Part shown: one piece after another, positions 58,837-64,000 of the stretch
Position numbering within the stretch: position 1 is the stretch's first letter
How the letters are laid out: every line of letters begins with the position of its first letter
NCBI GenBank assembly: GCA_965223665.1
Contig: OZ245011.1
Location: 2,272,001-2,336,000 of the forward strand
Length of the DNA: 64,000 nt
Reading direction: 5' to 3'
DNA from: Nitrospinaceae bacterium
GTDB taxonomy: Bacteria > Nitrospinota > Nitrospinia > Nitrospinales > Nitrospinaceae
Notes under the pieces: generated by a model
Databases searched by the model: none
What the model was told of the DNA's origin: nothing
The model's input: the letters and a program-made list of their open reading frames with translations, nothing else
Program-made: the position numbers and the translations under genes

Positions 58837-59175
58837 TTGAAAACAAAATTTCATCACGCAGCATATGTTTTTTTTGGATTAAACATTTTATATCTAATAT
58901 TGATATATATTTTTCTTCCACCCTTTAATCTTGGCATTTTGGAAAGTATTGCATACTCTCTGTTGTTTACTATTTTTTTTGGGTTATTGTCCTATGTAAT
59001 TTTTAAAGAATCGTTAAAGATAACTTTGATACTATTTATTGTTTATTCTATACGCACAGTTTTATCTTTATACACTGTTGCCACAGGGCAAGCCTTCGAG
59101 GCAGTGCCCTATGTATTACCCTGCCTGATATTAACCATTTACTTTTTGGGTCGTCCGTTGTGGAATTGGCCCTAA
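58837..59175 (+). CDS. Small integral membrane protein (about 4 TM)
   Basis: Hydrophobic 112-aa ORF directly upstream of hutH. Confidence 0.65.
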   Translation: MKTKFHHAAYVFFGLNILYLILIYIFLPPFNLGILESIAYSLLFTIFFGLLSYVIFKESLKITLILFIVYSIRTVLSLYTVATGQAFEAVPYVLPCLILTIYFLGRPLWNWP

Positions 59176-59194
59176 CCATAATTGGGTTTTTGCT

Positions 59195-60721
59195 ATGAAT
59201 ACATTAATACTAGATGGGAACAGTTTAACTCTTAAAAAATTCATTTCTGCTATACAAAATCAACTTCCTGTAAAAATATCTTTGGAATCAAAAAAAAAGA
59301 TCCAAAAAGTACGAAAGATTATAGACAAATCTTTAAAAGACAAAAAAATCATTTATGGAATCACAACAGGTTTTGGAGCTTTGAGCGATGTCCTGGTCTC
59401 TCCAAATCAGGCAAAACAATTGCAAAAAAATATCCTGAAAAGTCACGCCGCAGGTGTAGGCCCTCTTTTTTCAGAGCAGGAAGTCAGAGGCATTTTATTG
59501 TTAATGATGAATAGTAAGGCAAAAGGATATTCGGGTTTAAGAATTTCTACATTGGAAACCATAAAAAAAATTTACAATAAAGGTATTTTACCCGAGGTCC
59601 CAGAGCAAGGTTCTGTTGGTGCCAGCGGAGACCTTGCTCCATTGGCCCATTTATCATTAGTATTTATAGGTCGAGGGAAAGCGCGTTTCCATGGGAAATC
59701 CCTAAGTGGAGCAAAAGCATTAAAGTTATCGGGAATACGACCCATTGATTTAGCTGAAGGGGAAGGGCTCGCCCTGGTGAACGGAACACAGGTAATGACT
59801 GCGGTAGGTGCATTAACCATCCATAAAGCTCTAAATTTAGCTAAAATTTTTGATGTTGCTGCAGCTATGAGTTTAGAAGTCCTGTTAGGATCAAACACTC
59901 AGTTTCAACAACGTATTCATCAAATCAGGCCTCACCGCGGACAAACCCTTTCAGCAAAAAATATGAGAAAAATCACTAGTGGCAGCGAAATCATTTCTTC
60001 CCATAAAGATTGTGGGAGAGTCCAGGATGCTTATTCTTTAAGATGCGTTCCCCAAGTGCATGGAGCCAGTAGAGATACTATGATGCTTGCATTAAAAACT
60101 ATTGAAATTGAAATGAACTCAGCAACAGAAAATCCATTAATATTTCCGGATGGTCAAGTCTTATCTGGTGGAAATTTTCACGGGCAACCCATAGCCCTGG
60201 TTATGGATCATTTATCAGTGGCGATGTCTGAGTTTTCTAATATTTCTGAACGTCGTATCGAACGTATGGTAAATCCACAATTAAGCGGCCTTCCTTCATT
60301 TCTAATTCAAGAAGGTGGTTTAAATTCAGGTTTCATGATCGCACAATACACTGCAGCCGCTTTAGTATCGGAAAACAAAGTCTTGTCGCACCCTGCTTCT
60401 ACGGATTCGATTCCTACTTCTGCAAACAAAGAAGACCATGTAAGCATGGGTACAATCGCAGCCAGAAAATCCCGCCAAATAGTCGAAAATGCAACACGTA
60501 TCGCTGCCATTGAATTGATGTGTGCGGCACAGGCTTTAGATTTATTTACGAATTTAAAACCTGGGAAAGGAACCTTGGCTGCATATAAAACTATCCGCCA
60601 AAAAATTAAACCTTTAATGCAAGACAGAGAACTTGCCCCTGACATTGAGACTATTACAAATATAATTAATGATGGAAGTATCTTAAAAGCTGTAGAAAAA
60701 ATCACAGGCCCATTAGGGTGA
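59195..60721 (+). CDS. hutH: Histidine ammonia-lyase
   Basis: YGITTGFG, SHAAG, GSVGASGDLAPL (MIO), QDAYSLRC, GGNFHGQP, EDHVSMG. Confidence 0.93.
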   Translation: MNTLILDGNSLTLKKFISAIQNQLPVKISLESKKKIQKVRKIIDKSLKDKKIIYGITTGFGALSDVLVSPNQAKQLQKNILKSHAAGVGPLFSEQEVRGILLLMMNSKAKGYSGLRISTLETIKKIYNKGILPEVPEQGSVGASGDLAPLAHLSLVFIGRGKARFHGKSLSGAKALKLSGIRPIDLAEGEGLALVNGTQVMTAVGALTIHKALNLAKIFDVAAAMSLEVLLGSNTQFQQRIHQIRPHRGQTLSAKNMRKITSGSEIISSHKDCGRVQDAYSLRCVPQVHGASRDTMMLALKTIEIEMNSATENPLIFPDGQVLSGGNFHGQPIALVMDHLSVAMSEFSNISERRIERMVNPQLSGLPSFLIQEGGLNSGFMIAQYTAAALVSENKVLSHPASTDSIPTSANKEDHVSMGTIAARKSRQIVENATRIAAIELMCAAQALDLFTNLKPGKGTLAAYKTIRQKIKPLMQDRELAPDIETITNIINDGSILKAVEKITGPLG

Positions 60722-60751
60722 TAGAATTCAAATATAAAAGGAATTGTTCGA

Positions 60752-61870
60752 ATGACTTCAACTGTATTTATTGAAAATGAAAATCGGCTTCCATTAATAA
60801 CCCCAGAAGGCAATAAATGGTTGGGGTTGGAATTTTCTAGAACCCCTGAAATCAATAAAAGAGTTAAACAACTTTTTCAATATCTTAATACTATTTTGGG
60901 TTTCCCTAACAACTCGGAAGGCAAAAAAAACCAATCTTTATTTAATTTAATTTTACGTTATGGTTATGCAGAGGTCATGCTGGATTTAGCAGATTTAGTT
61001 TATGTTCAACACGAACGGCCTATGGTTTTTTTAAATATGGACAATCTAAATAGAACACGCTTACAGGATACAAACCCTCCTGATCCAAATATAGACCTCC
61101 TTGAAATGCAAAAACCCTTAGATAATTTACTCCAATCACTTGCCGACGTAATAAAAACAAACTCAAAACTATTCAATGACCCCATGATTTTAGAACCTCT
61201 TGCAGAAAGTTATAGTTTTTACCTTTACTATACGAAAAACTTTCCCTGGGAAGACCCGCTCAAAGACATGAAGATTCCCAAACAGAAATCAGTGCTTGAT
61301 GTGGCTACTGGCTTGGCAGGATTCAGTTTAATTCATGATTGGCCCAATGAAAATCCAACTCTGGTGCTTACGGATTCATTAGCATTTGTGGTTGTGGGTT
61401 TAAAACATTACAAAAGTTTGATTGGAAAGGAAAACGTAGATGTTTTAAAAATTCACTTTCCACATTTACAAGATTTATCGCAAAAGTTTGGCTTTATTCA
61501 AGTAAGTAAATTTCTGCACCATTTACAACGTGATGAAAGGAAGCAATTTCTAAAGTGGACTATGGGCCATTTAGAAATTGGTGGGAATCTATTTATTATA
61601 GACACAGATCTCGAGCACCAAATCCTCGTTGAATCCAAAGACTCTAACTACAGAAACAAACTTATGCCAGGGTATTTAGAGACTCTTTCAAAAATTGAAG
61701 AAAAGTTCTGTCATAATTTGGTGGATGATGTGCGAGAAACAGGATTGGAGGTAAAAGAATTTGATTTCCACGAATATTACGATGAGACAGATGCCTACAG
61801 CCATTATCCCGGGGATGATTTACCAATTAAGTTTTTAGGATTTGAAATAATAGCTGAAAAAGTAAAATAA
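60752..61870 (+). CDS. Hypothetical protein with C-terminal SAM methyltransferase-like domain
   Basis: VLDVATGLAG, KFLHHL, GGNLFIID. Confidence 0.65.
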   Translation: MTSTVFIENENRLPLITPEGNKWLGLEFSRTPEINKRVKQLFQYLNTILGFPNNSEGKKNQSLFNLILRYGYAEVMLDLADLVYVQHERPMVFLNMDNLNRTRLQDTNPPDPNIDLLEMQKPLDNLLQSLADVIKTNSKLFNDPMILEPLAESYSFYLYYTKNFPWEDPLKDMKIPKQKSVLDVATGLAGFSLIHDWPNENPTLVLTDSLAFVVVGLKHYKSLIGKENVDVLKIHFPHLQDLSQKFGFIQVSKFLHHLQRDERKQFLKWTMGHLEIGGNLFIIDTDLEHQILVESKDSNYRNKLMPGYLETLSKIEEKFCHNLVDDVRETGLEVKEFDFHEYYDETDAYSHYPGDDLPIKFLGFEIIAEKVK

Positions 61871-61882
61871 TTTTCTAAGCAA

Positions 61883-62254
61883 TTAACTATTTTTATTAAT
61901 CTCTTTGCGCAAGATTTTCCAATGGGGTTCAATTGATTTTTGAGCTTGTTCTTCCATTTCTCGGTAAAGCCGGACCACCTCTTCACCCAAAGCTGTAAGT
62001 AATGCCCCTCCCCCACCTTTACCCCCTTTTTTACGTTCTATGAGAGGAGACTTGAAGCACCCGTTCATCATATCCACCATATCCCAAGCCCGGCGATAAC
62101 TGAGTCCGTTTTTTCTAGCAGCACCTGAAATGGATCCCTCTACATTAATAGCTTCTAAAAGATCTACCTTACCTGGACCCAAGGCAATATTTTTACCTAC
62201 CATAATTCTAAATCTTGGACGGCAGGAAATTTGAGGTTTGGATGATTTAGTCAA
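61883..62254 (-). CDS. ModE-type winged-helix protein (N-terminal domain only)
   Basis: LGPGKVDLLEAI...GSISGAAR..GLSYRRAW...GGKGGGGALLT. Confidence 0.9.
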   Translation of the reverse strand: MTKSSKPQISCRPRFRIMVGKNIALGPGKVDLLEAINVEGSISGAARKNGLSYRRAWDMVDMMNGCFKSPLIERKKGGKGGGGALLTALGEEVVRLYREMEEQAQKSIEPHWKILRKEINKNS

Positions 62255-62270
62255 AATAAATTTTGGGGTT

Positions 62271-63134
62271 TCAGGGAACTTTCCTTACTATGCCTACCAC
62301 ATTTGGGATTGGCCATGCAAGAGTATTAGCATTAGTTTCATTGGAACCGGTTGAATAACTTCCCACAAATTGGTATTCGGTTCCTTTAGAATTAATATAC
62401 ATTTGTGCTTCGGCACCACCCTCTACATACATGGCTCGTTTAATATTAATAGGAAGTTTAAGCAAAATATCAATCAAATCATGGGTGCTGTAGGGGGATC
62501 GTGCATGAATAAATAAAATATTTCCTTTTGAATCCATTCCAATTGCGGAAGTACTCCATATTTTATTTTTGTTTTCCCAAACATTTTTTCGATCGCAAGA
62601 TATCATCCTTATGCTTTGAATCAAAGTTTGATAGTCTTTTCGAAGTTTTGGGACATTTTGGCAGTCGCGATCCAAAATCTGGACCTTTGGTAATGTAGAG
62701 TCCTTGGGATCAAAGGCTAGTAGGGCTCTATCTTTGGAAAACCACTTGTTATTAGTATGACCCAACGTTTTCATCAAAGACACACTTTTCAATCGATCCG
62801 CTTGATACATACTGGCATTTATCGCTGCCACCAAATTAAACCGATTTGCCCAACCTTTCGTAGAATGTCTTTTTGGAGTGGCCTGTGCAGAAGCATTTAA
62901 CAATTTAAAATTAAATGCTTTAGGGTCTATTCTGAGTATATGAATAAGGGAATCCCCGACAATAGATTTTTGAGGCGAAGGGAATGCGCCCAAGTCCAAA
63001 CCATATTCCAAGTGAATCCAATATTGGGAGTTTTCCGTTTTTGTTTGGGAAGGGACTTTTTTAGAAGAAGAACCTTGAAGACCCAGAAACAAAAATATCA
63101 AAATTAAAAAAGTTATTTGATTTCTATACCCCAT
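62271..63134 (-). CDS. Exported phosphodiester glycosidase (NAGPA-like) family protein
   Basis: LRIDP, AAINASMY, SAIGMD..GNILFI, AMYVEGG, PIPNVVG. Confidence 0.7.
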   Translation of the reverse strand: MGYRNQITFLILIFLFLGLQGSSSKKVPSQTKTENSQYWIHLEYGLDLGAFPSPQKSIVGDSLIHILRIDPKAFNFKLLNASAQATPKRHSTKGWANRFNLVAAINASMYQADRLKSVSLMKTLGHTNNKWFSKDRALLAFDPKDSTLPKVQILDRDCQNVPKLRKDYQTLIQSIRMISCDRKNVWENKNKIWSTSAIGMDSKGNILFIHARSPYSTHDLIDILLKLPINIKRAMYVEGGAEAQMYINSKGTEYQFVGSYSTGSNETNANTLAWPIPNVVGIVRKVP

Positions 63135-63497
63135 AGCTCAAATGAAGTTTTTTCTAAACAAGGGTACTGATTACTTCAAAAACAACTTTAAATTTCTCAA
63201 AGAAATTATACCAATTTATTACCTATAAGGTTCCAATAATTTAACACTAGTAAATAAGTAAAAACCAAAAATTAATTTTCTAAATTCCAATTAAATCTTG
63301 GCAAAATAAGTGTATCTGGTTGATTTTAGGGCAAATTAGTTTATAATACCTACTCGTTAAGATATCATCATGTTTAGCTCAAAGTATTAGATTTAACCAA
63401 AACAATGAGCCCCTTTGTTTCCCAACAAGTAACTTCTATGAACCTAGTTCGTTTATAAATAATTTTCCAAATTGGAGAGCACCAGAAAGGAAATCTT

Positions 63498-63965
63498 ATG
63501 AAAATATTGAAATGGTTTTTAATTTTATGGGCAATGGTATTTTTTGCGGGTTGTGCAACTCAAGGCGGTGGCACCTCTGGAAGTAGCAGTTCATCGGCGC
63601 CTGCGAGTACGTCTGCTGCCGCAGATTTTTCTAAAGGAGTTCGCATTGTTAAACCAGCGACCACCGCAACCGTACGAAGTCCTGTGGAAGTTTGCATGGA
63701 AACAAAGGGTTATACTGTAGAACCTGCAAAAAATGGAGTTAATGAAGGGAAAGGTCATCATCATTTAATCATTGATTCTGGATTACCAAATTTATCAAAT
63801 CCAATCCCTAAAGATTCAAATCATGTTCACATGGGAGATGGATCCAAATGTAAAAAGCTTGAATTGAGCAAAGGGTTCCATACAATTACTGCCCTATTTG
63901 CAAAAGGTAATCATGTTCCCTATAACCCTCCTGTCACCCATGGAATTATTGTTCAAGTTAAATAA
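63498..63965 (+). CDS. DUF4399-family lipoprotein
   Basis: FAGC lipobox; GHHHLIID, HVHMGDG, GFHTI. Confidence 0.8.
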   Translation: MKILKWFLILWAMVFFAGCATQGGGTSGSSSSSAPASTSAAADFSKGVRIVKPATTATVRSPVEVCMETKGYTVEPAKNGVNEGKGHHHLIIDSGLPNLSNPIPKDSNHVHMGDGSKCKKLELSKGFHTITALFAKGNHVPYNPPVTHGIIVQVK

Positions 63966-63987
63966 TTCCGTAACCTAAGGAGAAATT

Positions 63988-64000
63988 ATGAAATTGTCTT
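63988..64000 (+). CDS. Start of an ORF truncated by the window edge
   Basis: AAGGAG RBS followed by ATG AAA TTG TCT. Confidence 0.5.

Noticed and set aside
60307-60855. 182-aa minus-strand ORF, and similar antisense ORFs over ilvE, nrdJ, guaB, yidC and others
   Set aside because: Antisense shadows of well-supported genes, with no recognisable motifs.

Overview
Low-GC bacterial chromosomal segment; the gene set and hypothetical proteins suggest a Nitrospina/Nitrospinota-like organism (inference only). 1-7196 is one end of a lambda-type prophage-like element abutting the 3' end of a tRNA-Lys/tRNA-Glu pair. It carries an initiator protein with a C-terminal DnaA domain I and internal 11-bp iterons, a Mor-like fragment, two AT-rich cargo genes, a gpZ-like gene, a lambda-like cosQ/cosN site, and terminase small and large subunits (the large subunit is absent from the ORF track because it runs off the window). 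7.6-45.8 kb and 49-64 kb are mostly host genes: ilvE, ntrB/ntrC-like plus two deacylases, trmN6, an unusual miaA-TPR-lytic transglycosylase single ORF, ECF sigma/anti-sigma/ArsM-like, gnd-zwf-pgl, TPR/Sel1/J-domain proteins, nrdJ with tandem NrdR boxes, guaB-guaA, mnmE-yidC-yidD-rnpA-rpmH, tyrS and hutH. The most striking item is a ~3.1 kb integrase-less islet bounded by a duplicated guaA 3' end. Its only long intact gene encodes a Cap12/PycTIR-type TIR domain fused to a DUF5919-like middle domain and a radical SAM/SPASM enzyme, a candidate undescribed single-gene defence or nucleotide-signalling system. All family assignments come from motif recognition by eye; no searches were run.
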